From assembly GCF_036365525.1 (NCBI RefSeq), contig NC_090383.1, forward strand, positions 13,397,126 to 13,461,125: 64,000 bases of DNA, given 5' to 3'. The stretch comes from Heterodontus francisci (lineage: Eukaryota). Of the stretch, positions 24,111 to 36,781 are shown in pieces. A program made the position numbers and the translations under genes. Under the pieces are notes generated by a model. It was not told the DNA's origin. It ran no database searches and worked only from the letters and a program-made list of their open reading frames with translations. Numbering within the stretch: position 1 is the stretch's first letter; each line of letters opens with the position of its first letter.

Positions 24111-26005
24111 TTTTTTTAATTCATTCATGGGATGTGGACATCGCTGGCTAAGCCAGCATTTATTGCCCATCCCTAATTGCCCTTGAGAAGGTGGTGGTGA
24201 GCTGCCTTCTTGAACCGCTGCAGTCCGTATGGGGTAGGTACACCCATAGTGCGGTTGGGGAATTCCAGGATTATGACCCAGCGACAGAGAAGGAACGGCG
24301 ATATAGTTCCAAGTCAGGATGGTGTGTGACTTAGAGGGGAACTTGCAGGTGGTGGTGTTCCCGTGCATTTGCTGCCACTGCCCTTCTAGGTGGTAGAGGT
24401 CGCGGGTTTGGAAGGTGCTGTATAAGGAGCCTTGGTACATTGCTGCAGCGCATCTTGTAGATAGTACACACAGCTGCCACTGTGCATCGGTGGTGGAGGG
24501 AGTGAATGTTTGTGGATGGGGTGCCAATCAAGTGGGTGGTTTTGTCCTGGAAGGTATCAAGTTTCTTGAGTGTTGTTGGACCTGCACCCATCCAGGCAAA
24601 TGGAGAGTATTCCATCACACTCCTGACTTGTGCCTTGTAGATGGTGGACAGGCTTTGGGGAGTCAGGGGGTGAGTTACTCGTTGCAGCATTCTGTGAAGA
24701 AATGTTGCAGGATTCCTAGCCTCTGACCTGCTCTTGTAGCTATGGTATTTGTATGGCTACTCCATTTCAGTCTCTGGATGTTGATGAAAGTGGGGGATTC
24801 AGCGATCATAATGCCACTGAATATCAAGGGGAGGTGGTTAGATCCTCTTTTGTTCGAGATGGTCATTGCCTGGCACTTGTGTGGCGCAACTGTTACTTGC
24901 CACTTATCAACCCAAGCCTGGATATTGTCCAGGTCTTGCTACATTTCTTCATAGTCTCCTTCAGTATCTAAGGAGTCGTGAATGGGGCACATTCCCACTT
25001 CTGATCTTATGATTGAAGGAAGGTCATTAATGAAGCAGCTGAAGATGGTTGGGCCTAGGACTCTACCCTGAGGAACTCCTGCAGTGATGTCCTGGAGCTG
25101 AGACGATTGACCTCCAACAACCACAACCATCTTCCTTTGTGCTCGGTATGACTCCAACCAGCAGAGAGTACATCTTACAGATGGTACACAGTGCTGCCAC
25201 TGTGTGTAGGTGGTGGAGGGAGTGAATGTTGAAGGTGGTGGTTGGGGTGCCAATCAAGCGGGCTGTTTTGTCCTGGATGGTGTCAAGCTTTTTGCGTGTT
25301 GTTGGAGCTGCACCCATCCAAGCAAGTGGAGAGTATTCCATCACACTCCTAACTTGTGCCTTGTAGATGGTGGAGAGGCATTGGGGAGTCAGGAGGTGAG
25401 TTACTCATCGCAGAATTCCCATCCTCTGACCTGCTCTTGTAGCCACAGTATTTATCTGGCTGGTCCAGTTAAGTTTCTGGTCAATGGTAACCCCCAGGAT
25501 ATTAATAGTGGGGGATTCAGTGATGGTAATGCCATTGAACATCAAGGGAAGATCGTTGATTCTCTCTTGTTTGGGATGGTCATTGCCTGACACTTGTGTG
25601 GCACGAATGTTACTTGCCACTTATCAGCCCAAGCCGGGATGTTGCCCAGGTCTTGCTGCATCTGGACATGGGCTGCTTCAGTATCTGAGGAGTCGCGAAT
25701 GATGCTGAACTTTGTGCAAACATCCCCACTTCTGACCTTATGATGGAGGGAAGATCATTGATGAAGCAGATGAAGATGGTTGGACCTAGGACACTACCTT
25801 GAGAAACTCCTGCAGTGATGTCCTGGAACTATGATTGACCTCCAACAGCCACAACCATCTTCCTTTGCGCTCAGTATGACTCCAACCAGTGGAGAGTTTT
25901 CCCCCTGATTCCCATTGACTTCAGTTTTGCTAGGGCTCCTTGATGCCGTACTCGGTAAATGTTGCCTTGATGTCAAGGGCAGTCACTCTCACCTCACCTC
26001 ACCTC
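24111..26005 (-). mobile_element. Two overlapping or tandem fragments of the tRNA-headed LINE family (RT and 3' end)
   Basis: ORFs with AGVPQG..LGPTIFSCFINDLP and MEYSP; sequence jumps back at ~25168 to repeat the region starting ~24450. Confidence 0.9.
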
Positions 26006-26399
26006 ACCATTATTATATTTAAAAAATTGTGTTATTTTTATGTCAAAATGTTTGCATTGTAGCACAACACATGACTCTCCTGCTTCACTGGTCTTAAGAA
26101 GGAGGATAAAAGAGGGTCCTAATAACACAGCAGGAATCTAGATATTTAGCTGACCTTCCTTAATGTATATGACTGGGGTAAATGGTGACTTATGTCTATG
26201 GGGTTTGTAGAATGAAATGTCCCTGTAATAGAAATTGGAATGTTGGCATCTGTGCATGAATTGTAATAAATCAAAAGATTTAAAAACCAAAGTAACATGA
26301 AATATAAATCACATTTCAATGAGGGTCCAAGAAATGATACATTGCTGTGGTTACTCTATAAAGGAGCTATGCTACCTTGCAAGATGAAAATTTCCAATA

Positions 26400-26960
26400 G
26401 TAATAGTCATTGCTCTCCAACATGACAGGCAGTATGAATGTGAGTTTCCCCTGTGCTCTTGAAGAGATCAAAACTTTTTCCATGTTGCTTTCCTTAAAGT
26501 GCTGGGCATTATTGATGGTATGCATGTGGCTGTATGGACCCCTATGCACAGACCAATAGCCTTCATAAACAGAAAGGGGTCTATTTAATGTATTTACATT
26601 TGCAAAATTCGATATATGAATGCTCACTTTCTGGATGGCAGTCATGCTGCCATCAGTTTGCATCAATCTATTTGTAGGGGGTAAGGAAAACATAGTCTCT
26701 GATATTCTGAAGCCCAAGGATATCCACCAGTCTTAGCTCAAGGCAGCCACAGTAACAGCTGAATGCAAGATGTGAAATTTATGTGGCCACCCAGTTGAAC
26801 ATGTCATTGGAATGTTGCAACAAAGGCTTAGATGTTTGGACAAATCAGATGAGTGTTGATGTGTGGCCTCATCAATCTCTCAAGGATCATAGTGGTCTGT
26901 TGCATATTACACAATCTGGCCATGCAAAGAAGCTTTATCACAAAATAAGTAAAGACGAAA
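26400..26960 (+). pseudogene. Decayed Harbinger transposase fragment
   Basis: Manual translation gives GIIDGMHVAV..AFINRKG, KGYP and QRLRCLDKS motifs. Confidence 0.6.
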
Positions 26961-27039
26961 GCTGCCCAGCTGCAAACACGAGTCAAGAGAAAGTTAAGAT
27001 CAAGCCTGAGGATATTCTTGTTGAGCTCCATTTGAAAAG

Positions 27040-27925
27040 CAATGACAACAACTTGCATTTATACAGTGCATTTAACATGTTATGACATCTCAAGATGCTT
27101 CACAAGAGAGGTTAGCATATAAAATTTAACACCAAGCCACATAAACGGCTGGATTGGCGGCCCGACACCCCGCGATCATGTGGAGGAGGTGGGCTGTCCA
27201 TCCAAGGCAATGCTGTCAGCTGCCTGGTGCAGGCACTGGCACCATTTTTATAGGGTAGCCAGCCCTGCCGCCATATTTGAATTTTAAAGAAAGATTTCTC
27301 CCAAAAGCAAATAAATACATTTCTTATGCCCCTTTCCCACCCCCACCCAATAACAATTACAGTAACTATTTGTCCTTCCCCCCACAAAACAATTATCTTT
27401 TACATCCGACCTTCCCCCTCCAAAACTGCACAAAGTTTAAGGTTCAACCCTTCCCACCATCCCCTACACCCATGACATTTATTTGACCCCATTCCCCCAC
27501 CCTCCCGCACTGACAAACTTACCTTCTTCCCCCCTCCCCACCAGTGTGGCGCTATGTCTCCCCGAACGGGGATTTGAAGGTGGGGGAGTGTCGGCCGCTG
27601 CATCGGAGATCGCTGCGGGCCATCAAGATCTAAGGTAAGTGAATTTAAATGCAGTAATTTTATTGATTTGAATATGTTAATTATGGTTGCATCACCCAGT
27701 GCCAGAGGGGACACCACAGAGCCTCGCCGCCACTAGGAGGATAGGGTTGGGCTCTGCCGGTGCCGATGTCCACGGTGGGCCCATCTGGAGCCATCTAAAG
27801 GCCGCCCCCGCCACAGAGCATAATGTGAGGGCTTCTTAAAATCCAGCCCAAAGAGATATTAGGGCAGATGACCAAAGGCTTGATCAAAGATGTAGGTATT
27901 AAGGGGTGTCTTAAAGGAGGAAAGC
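27040..27925 (-). mobile_element. L2-type 3' tail split by a MITE
   Basis: CAACTTGCATTTATACAG...GCCACATA then resumes at 27850 AAAGAGATATTAGGGCAGATGACCAAAGGCTTG. Confidence 0.7.
27147..27849. mobile_element. PIF/Harbinger-type MITE
   Basis: Termini GGCTGGATT and AAAATCCAGCCC; closely similar to 60923-61700. Confidence 0.8.
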
Positions 27926-28428
27926 GTGGTTGTCCAATTATTGTGAGTTTTTCTAAAATTAATTGGTGGGGATGGAAGTGATTTATTTAATCAGAGCTCT
28001 GTTCAGCTGTTCCAAAAATTTAGAATTCTTATCAATTGCTCCACAGAGAGAGAGAGCGGAAACATTCATCCTTAGTAAATAACTTATAAAAGAACAGTGG
28101 CTACATTTCAAAAATAATTCATTGGCTGTGAAATCCTTTGGGCTATCCCCAGGATGTGGAAGGCAGTTTGGAAATGTCAGTTCTCTAGTTTTTTTTGTAA
28201 CAAACCCAGATTACAACAGTGAAAGTTGCTGCTCCAAGTTACTGCACCACACATTCCCATACACAACTCTACAACGAGCTGATTAAGAACAAGTAGCACA
28301 TAAAAGCAACAGGCAATGTTATAAAGGGGGATTTTTATTTATCTGCATTATTTCCACTAACACATCTTGTGCAAATATCTCCAATTATTTCTAGACCTAT
28401 TATATATATTGTACAGCTACATCATGAT

Positions 28429-29084
28429 ATAGAAACATAGAAAATAGGAGCAGGAGTAGGCCATTCGGCCCTTCGAGCCTGCTCCACCATTCATTATGAT
28501 CATGGCTGATCATCCAACTCAGTAACCTGATCCCGCTTTCCCCCCCCATATCCTTTGATCCCTTTCGACTCAAGAGCTATATCTAACTCCTTCTTGAAAA
28601 CATACAATGTTTTGGCCTCAACTGCTTTCTGTGGTAGCGAATTCCACAGGCTCACCACTCTCTGGGTGAAGACATTTCTCCTCATATCAGTCCTGAAAGG
28701 TTTACCCCGTATCCTTAGACTATGACCCCTGATTCTGGACTCCCCCACCATCGGGAACATCCTTCCTGCATCTACCCTGTCAACTGTTAGAATTTTATAG
28801 GTTTCTATGAGATCCCCCCTCACTCTTCTGAACTCCAGCGAATATAATCCTAACCAACTCAATCTCTCCTCATACATCAGTCCTGCCATCTCAGGAATCA
28901 ATCTGGTAAACCTTCGCTGCACTCCCTCTATAGCAAGAACATCCTTCCTCAGATAAGGAGACCAAAACTGCACACAATATTCCAGCCAGACATCCCTGCT
29001 CCTGTACTCGAATCCTCTCGCTATGAAGGCCAACATACCATTTGCCTTTTCTACCGCCTGTTGCACCTGCATGTTTACCTTCAG
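28429..29084 (-). mobile_element. CR1 (HER1-like) LINE 3' fragment
   Basis: ORF 28500..29072 LEYCVQFWSPYLRKD..LEFRRVRGDLIETYKI..WNSLP; 3' UTR with short tandem tail. Confidence 0.92.
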
Positions 29085-29436
29085 TATTGCGTCAGGAATG
29101 CAGCAATATTGTATGGGATTAGTCTGAAAGCCTGGCTAAAGAGGACTGATGAGAAGCTGCGGTTAAGAAAGCTGCCATAGTCAAGATTGATTACCTCAAT
29201 TTTACAAATCCTAGCATAGGCAATGGAGAATCTGTAGAAATGTATCTGATTTTTTTATCGCAACTCGAGCCATGCGAAGTATATTTGAGGTGATGCTTTA
29301 CTTAACAGAAAAGTGGAATTTCCTTTAGCCTGATCCTCAAGATTCACCACGTTGAATATCGTTGTGGTTTAGTATCTGACGTCAATCATTGTTTTTTGAA
29401 GTGCATTCAATGGATATTGAATTGGACACCTGCTGA

Positions 29437-30525
29437 TGTTACAAAAAATTTTTAAACTCTTATTTCACTGAAAGGCCTAGTCAATTATAGCAACGTACAT
29501 TGTTACGAAAGTGCCTCTGCGTTTTGTTAAATATATTTTTTGAGGATTCATTTTTGAATGATTGAAGAAATGTCAAACTTTGGGGTTTTCCAAGGGGGTC
29601 ATGTAAAGGCCACTTGATTTTGGAAAACAATCCCTGGAAATGTTTTTTAAAAGGGACACAGAGGTCTTGTGAGGAAAACAAGCCTTTTCAGCAAACCACC
29701 TGATTTCCAGCAACAATAACAAGCCTTTCTGGGAAACCACCTTACTTCCAGCTCGATAAACAATAGAGAACTTTGGACACCTGGAGAAGTTATTTACGAA
29801 GAAGTGACAGGTCAAGATTGTTGGAGGTCAAAAGGTTGACTTCCTGTTGTCAATTTTGCTTTTGAACTGTTTTGAGTTAGGGTTGAACTGTATAAAAGAA
29901 GGAGAGAACTTCCAAGGAAGAAGAGAAGACCAAACCCAGCTCAGCTTTCCAGTATCTCTCTAAAAGACCCTGAGAAGTGCACTGTGTCAACTCCTCTTGT
30001 CTCCTGTCTTTGAAAAAAAGACTGCTATATTAATTCTCAACACTGTCTAAAAAGAACTGTTCTAAAAGATCCCAGTGACCCGTCTACGTGTACTTGGAGG
30101 CCAGACTGTATGCCAGTTTTGGAACATAACATACCTCATCTGCTGTTTCTTCAAGAATGAGCAAGTATTTAGTCCAAGTTTTTTGTCTGTAATAGAGCTC
30201 TAAAAACAAAAATCCCTCTATTTTTTCTGGTTTACCAGAGTATATGTATATGTGGGAGTGTGAGGGGCTAAGGTAAAAAGGGAAATTTAATACTTCAACC
30301 TGTGTGTTTGTGCTTTACTTCATTACTGGTTAAGACTTGTTTTATAATAAACTGATAATTTTGTTGTTTATTAAAGAAGCCTGGTTGGTGTGTTTTATTC
30401 TGGGATAAAAGTAGAGTCTATGATTGACCATATCGGTAAGTGGAAAACAATTTAAATATATGTTGGGACCCGTGGAGAAAGGGAACTAGAATAAACAGTG
30501 CACTCCTCCCACCTCAGTCGTAATG
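29437..30525 (+). mobile_element. Probable solo LTR (~1.1 kb)
   Basis: Begins TGTTAC, has TATAAAA near 29891 and AATAAA near 30347, ends GTCGTAA; second copy at 817-1737. Confidence 0.6.
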
Positions 30526-31244
30526 ACATTAATAAGATGAGAGGGTCCATGTTTTTAATATCAGTATTTTTCTTTCATTTCCACAGAATACAGCACAGTT
30601 AGATACATTCAGAAAATATCCATCAAAACCTTGACTCGATTTAGAAGATTTGGAATCAAATGGTTTGCCTTTATAGGTAAAAGAAAAAACACTGCCTGTT
30701 TTCATGTGTTCATTTTGTATTTGTCAAATCCATTGTGTGCATGCACAATGACATTCCTTGGATGTCTTTGTGTTTATTCTTGAAATGAAGGAAATAATAG
30801 ATCTGGAATCTCTTACACTTTCCTTCTACTCTTATGTATTAGAATTTTTTACTGCTATTTCTCTGCCTGATAGTTTTACTTTTCTTCTGATGGTCTAGCA
30901 GTTGTGTTCGGTGATCTACAGTCTAAATCATTATTTGCCTACGATTTCACTTATTTTATGCCTTTCTTTCACAGACCATGAATGGCTTTTTTCCGTGTCT
31001 GAGTTGGATGAATTTTACGAGGTCCTGTTTTGGGGTGTGTGCTCTGTGCCAATTCGGTTAAAGGGCCTTCGTAGGTGTCCTGGATGGTTGCTTAAAACAG
31101 GTCCTAGGCCCCTAGGTCAGTGAAGGGCTTACTGCCTGTTTGAGGCCCACTTGCAGAAATTGGTTTGAATTGAGCGGATCAAGAGCAGGTTTATTCTGCT
31201 GCAAATTCTTGAGGAGTTGCAGTGGCCGACGCAACAAGCACGAA

Positions 31245-31319
31245 GGGACCTCAACCTGAAATCTCTCTCCACAGGTGCTGCCAGACTTTGCTGAGTATTT
31301 CCAGCATTTTCTGTTTTCA
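31245..31319 (+). mobile_element. Degenerate Penelope-type repeat fragment
   Basis: CTCTCTCCACAGGTGCTGCCAGACTTTGCTGAGTATTTCCAGCATTTTCTG. Confidence 0.65.
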
Positions 31320-33089
31320 TGCCACTCAAAGGTGGGTTTGTTTTAAGAACAAAATTGAAGAAAGAATTCCTGCGGAGCTGGGCGAAGTGAGCATGCTCAC
31401 TCAACTCCACCATCCTTGTGATCTTCCCCGCTCCCCGCCCTCATCCCGCCATCCCGTTACCACTACGCACCCACTGCTGGGATTTCCCTTTGGATCACTG
31501 CCCGTGGACATGCCATAGGTGCCAGTAGCTCATGCAAAAAAAAGTTAATGAGGCCCCAGGACCAATCTTGGGCGGGCCAGAGGCCTCCCAGCTGGGGCGC
31601 GCAATGTCAGTGCACTGTTGGTTAGGGGCCCGAACATGGGCCATCACCAATTTCCACTCCCAAAGCAAATATTGCACTGAGACAAATATGACAAGACCTT
31701 AGAGAACATTGTGAGGATGTGGATCAAGGAACCGAACAAAGAATCTGGTGACTTAACAAAAAACAAACAGAGACAAAACTGAACAGGAGGGTATATACAC
31801 AGACAGCAAACAACATATAGTGTAAACAACATAGTTGCAGCCTCAAAATAGTAAAGTGCCGAGGATGAATTTTAATTTAAAATTGAAGATTTATTGGTGC
31901 AGGGAAAATTGTCAGGTGACCGAAAGAGCAGCTGATGATCCAAAGTCTTTTATGAAATAGGAAGGCAAATAGCCAGGGTACAGAGGGACTGGATTGAACC
32001 TTAAATACATTCTTCAATATTTCATTACTTTTTTTGTCAATTATCTGACTATAACCTTCTGTCAAAGTAGAACTAATCAAGCTTTATAAATCACCTGGGA
32101 ATCTCTCATTATTTTATCAGTGAAAATTGCATTTTGTTAAAATGTCACGGGATGTGCCTTGTCGAAAATATAATCTAACTATAGAAGCTAGATTTAAATG
32201 GATAATTTTCTGATGTTGTGTCGCTGTTGCTGATTGGCTGCACCTAATGGAATTGTAGGAATCTGGTGCGAATGGTTTATCAACTGTTAATGGTCACAGA
32301 TTTGTGCACGGTAACACTTGACTTTCTAATGGGCTGAATTTAGTGTAGCCGTTTGAAGTGGGAATTGAGGCATGGGGTGGGGGTGTGCCAGAGAATAGCA
32401 TCGGACGAGTCCACCCGGACATCTGACGTTGTGATGTCGGTTTCTGACTTAGTCAGTGACAAGAAAGCTCCAAGGCAGCGTCAGCACCACAACGCAACGC
32501 GAGTGTCATTTAAGTTGTAGAACAGTTAATTTTAATGCATTTGCATATAATTGTAAGTGATTCAATGGGGGGCTTGGACATTGGGTGACCCTCACATGTC
32601 TTTGGAACCCCAGCCATTGAAAGCTGGCAGCACCAAAGCGAGGCCTCAGTGCCGGGACAGGTAGGCAGCCATGACCAGCACTACATGGGGAAGAGGGGGG
32701 AGAGGAGGCCATTGTGAACCTGTAGTGCTGTACACGCTGCATGGGTTGGCTTGGTCTCAGGTGGAAGTACTGGGTGAGGAGGGTCTCGGATGACAATACT
32801 GGGTGAACAGGGTTTCAGGTGTTGTGCAAGGGGTTGCTGGGTGTCGGGTGGTCTGCAAGGGGGTGGCTTAGTTTTGGGTGGCAGTATCGGGTGTCCAAAC
32901 CATTGGGAGAGAGGGTCAGGTTCTCATACTGCTGGGTGAGAGGGTCGTCTATTCGCCAGAGTGGGCACTGAGAGCCATTAGTGAGTCTGCAGGAGAAGTA
33001 GCAAAGGGAAAGCTGCCAAGGCAGGTTCATCTCTGCAAGGACAGTGCTCTGGAGGCCTACTGATCACCTGGCATGGGTCTCATACACCC

Positions 33090-33872
33090 GGGCTGGAATT
33101 TTACATTGAGACGTTGGCTCCACCCACTGGCTAAAATGTCTGGGGAGAGCCCATCTCCGCCGGGCCTGGAGGCCACGCAGCAATTTTATGTGGCCGAGGC
33201 CCTTATTTGGCCTCAGTCGGGACTTCTGCTCCTCTGAGGCAGTAAGTCCCACGTCCCAGAGCTGCTAGCCAATCAGAGAGCCAGCCACTCCTCAGTCTAG
33301 GCAGGCTGCCGGAAGTGGTGGCCACTGGTGGGATTGCACCCAGCAACAAGAGGACGATGGATGTTCCACTTCTGGGAGGTAAGTAGGGTTTGGGCCTTGC
33401 AAAGGACAATCAGCAGGGCCCTGGCGAGGGGGAGTGGGTCAGAGTCTAGGGTGGGAGGGGGGGGGGGGTAGTTTTGGCAGGGCAGCCTGTGTGCTGGGGG
33501 TGCCCTCCATGGAGAACAGGGTGCCTGATCAAGAGGGCCACCTCCCCCACAGCCTGCTAGGAGGCTGCCTGGTATTACTGGGTGGCCTCCTCATGTGCTG
33601 AAGTACTTGTCTGCTGCTGGTATCTTACCAGCAGCAGTGGGAGGAGGCCCTTAAGTGGCAATTAATTGGCCACTTAAGGGCCTCAATTGGCCTGGGGCGG
33701 GCCCTTTTCCCCCTACCCTGCCGCTGTTAAAACAACAGTGGGGGCGGGTAGGCAATGGCAACCCTCATCTCCCACTCGATTTTACAACCCCCCTTCCCCG
33801 CCTCCTAGCCCACTCCCAGGGTGTGGGGGGGTGGGGGGGGGTGGGTGTGAGGCGGGGCTTAAAATTCCGGCC
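33090..33872. mobile_element. PIF/Harbinger-type MITE nested in a larger Harbinger remnant beginning ~32331
   Basis: Termini GGGCTGGAATTTTA and TAAAATTCCGGCC; another left end GGGCTGAATTTA lies at 32331. Confidence 0.7.
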
Positions 33873-33974
33873 TTTTTGGACTCCCGATGGAGGGAGTGCC
33901 AGGAGGCAGCTGCGCCTGTCAGTGAAGCCCAGTGACAAGAGTAACAACAGCCAGCCAGGCCAAGAAAGGCCCTT

Positions 33975-34382
33975 GTGCACCAGAGAGTGCGCCGGATTCG
34001 AATCAGCTACCTCCAAATGTCTGAGCTGCATTGTCAGCGAAATCTATGGCTTTCCGGGCAGGCCATCACCAACATATGTCCTATGCTGCGGGACGTTACA
34101 ACTATGGGATTTGGTGGGCATTCTATGTCCATATCATCTAAAATCACCATGGCGTTAAATCTTTATGCGTCTGGATCATTTCAAAGATCCACTTGGGACG
34201 TTTGTGAGGTCTCCCAGGCCGCTGCATCAAGGAGGTGATCAATGCCCTATTCAAGTGAGCAGGCAACTATGTGCATTACCAGACAGACCCTGAGAGTCAG
34301 GCCGAGAGGGTTATTGGATTTGGGGCCATCGCTGGATCTCCCCAGGAGCAAAGGGTGATAGACTGCATGCATGTGGCCATCA
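33975..34382 (+). pseudogene. Harbinger transposase N-terminal fragment
   Basis: KITMALNLYASGSFQRSTWDVCEVSQAAASR followed by GFGAIAGSP..VIDCMHVAI. Confidence 0.8.
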
Positions 34383-35520
34383 GGTGTACAGTATCGGTCT
34401 CTTAGTTAAGGAAGGATGTACATTTGTTGGAAGCAGTTCAGAAAAGCTTTACGAGATTAATACCTGGAATGGGTGGGTCATCTTATGAGGAAAGGTTGGA
34501 TAGTTTAGGCTTGTATCCGCTGGAATTTAGAAGAGTAAGAGGTGACTTGATTGAAACATATAAGATCCTGAGGGGTCTTGACAGTGGTAGAATCGGACAT
34601 AGTCAGCATGGATTTATGAAAGGGAAATCATGCTTGACAAATCTACTAGAACTCTTCGAGGATGTAATTAGTAGAGTTGATGAGGGGGAGTCAGTGGATG
34701 TGGTTTATTTGGACTTTCAGAAGGCTTTCGACAAAGTCCCACATAAGAGATTAGCATGTAACATTACAGCGCATGGGATTGGGGATAGTGTATTGCGATG
34801 GATAGAAAACTATGGTTGGCGGACAGGAAACAAAGAGTAGGGATAAATGGGTCAGTTTCCGAATGGCAGGCAGTGACTAGTGGGTAAACCTTTCAGGATG
34901 GAGATGAGGAGAAATTTCTTCACCCAGAGCGTAGTGAGCCTGTGGAATTCGCTACCACAGAAAGCAGTTGAGGCCAAAACATTGTATGTTTTCAAGAAGG
35001 AGTTAGATATAGCTCTTGGGTTTAAAGGGATTAAAGGATATGGGGCGAAAGCGGGAACAGGCTACTGAGTTGGATGATCAGCCATGATCATAATGAATGG
35101 CGGAGCAGGCTCGAAGGGCAGAATGGCCTACTCCTGCTCCTATTTTCTATGTATGTTTCTATGACAGAGTGGATGTGGAAAGGATGTTTCCTGTTGTGGG
35201 AGAATCTAGAACTACGAGTCACTGTTTAAAAATAAGAGTTCACCCATTTAAGACAGAGATGAGAAGAAATTGTTTTCTCTCAGAGGGTTGTGAGTCTTTG
35301 GAACTCTCTTCCTCAAAAGGCGGTGGAAGCAGAGTCTTTAAATATTTTTAAGGCCGAGGTAGATAAATTCTTGATAAGCAAGGGGGTGAAAGGTTATCAG
35401 GGGTAGGTGGGAAGTGGAGTTCATGTTACAATCAGATCAGTCATGATCTTATTGAATGGTGGAGCAGGCTCGAGGGGCCAAGTGGTCTACTCCTGCTCCT
35501 AATTCGTATGTTCATATGTA
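34383..35520 (+). mobile_element. CR1 3' fragment containing a nested, internally deleted second CR1 (34583-35161)
   Basis: ORF 34424 fuses C-terminal LEFRRVRGDLIETYKI to RT-proximal QHGFMKGKSCLTNL..LDFQKAFDKVPH; TGACAG flanks the insert. Confidence 0.85.
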
Positions 35521-36781
35521 CAGCCGATTTGCTTTCAGAAAATCTTTTAAATTTATCTGGACTCAAAAGCTTATGGTCCTGTTGCAATATGCAAAGTCCA
35601 GAAATCTGGTTTCACAAAGCCACCTGGGCCTCCCATTGTTCCCAGGTGTTAAAAGCTGCCTGGTACGTTTGCATTTTCAGAATCACTGACCCCATGTTTC
35701 ATAACCCAAGTCTGGGAGGACAAAACCCATTGTTCTTCAGGTGTTACCCCTGCAGTCCCTTTATTTTCAAAAGAAGTCTTTGATTTGTATTGTCCTTTAG
35801 CAGAGTGGATATAAGGTCACCTGACCTTCTGGACTCCATGTTAAATTTTTAAGGCCATAATTTTTAAAACATAATCATGTTACAAAGTCCAGCGTTCATA
35901 ACAGCAGGCAGCACTGGATCTTAAACCCTTGCACCGGAGGCCTGGCACATTGAGCGATGGGCCAAGGAGGCAAGAGACAATGGCATATTTACTCACTTCC
36001 AGCCACCATGATGGCTTCTCAGAGTAAAGTCAATCAAGACTCACCTCAATGCTTGCAGTCTGTTGCCTCCTTTCTATTTGCCTTCCATGCCTAGCTCCCA
36101 GCTTGACCACGCACGATGGCCCATGGGAGATGCTAATAAAATGAGGACTGTGCCTACATTGGCATCCACTAAGGGAGAAGGGTGAAGTCAACAGCTCGCA
36201 ACAAAGGCATGAAAGAATCATCATTTTCCACAATGAAAGCTAATTTCAAAAACAAAAGAACTTTATATGAGAAAACAAATGTCAAATGTAAAACACCTGT
36301 GAAACCCCACATGTCTCTAGGTGATTTTATTTTATACATTTACGAATACTTCTTTGAGGTGTAACCCCTGTGCTAGCAGCTGGGCTGGAGGCAGGCTGCT
36401 GATCAGGCAGCCCCATTTCCTGGGATAACTTCAGTGGCTGTCCTCTGGCTGCCTGAGGCCTCGAGGGCTCTGGCTGCCTGAGGGTTTCCAGCACTGGTGC
36501 AGGACTCCCCTCAGGTGTCATGCCTACTGGAGCTGGGCTCACTAGCAGAGGGGCTGAGGAACTGCTGTCCACACTCAAAGTGCCCTGAGGGGAGCCCCAA
36601 CTTTGGAGGTCAGCTTCTCCTCCTCCCTCTGAATGCTCAATTGAACTCCCTCCTGACCAAAGAAGGACTAGGAGCTGGAGAAGAGTCCAGGAGCCTCTTC
36701 CTTCTGTCGCCTTGCCACTGCTGTGTAGAGCTCATGGCCAAGGCGATGTGTGCAGGTCGGAGTGTATTTGTGGGACCAAAT

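Noticed and set aside
35521-35902. Third LTR fragment ending CATAACA
   Set aside because: Only a terminal motif; no clear alignment by eye to the other LTR-like copies.
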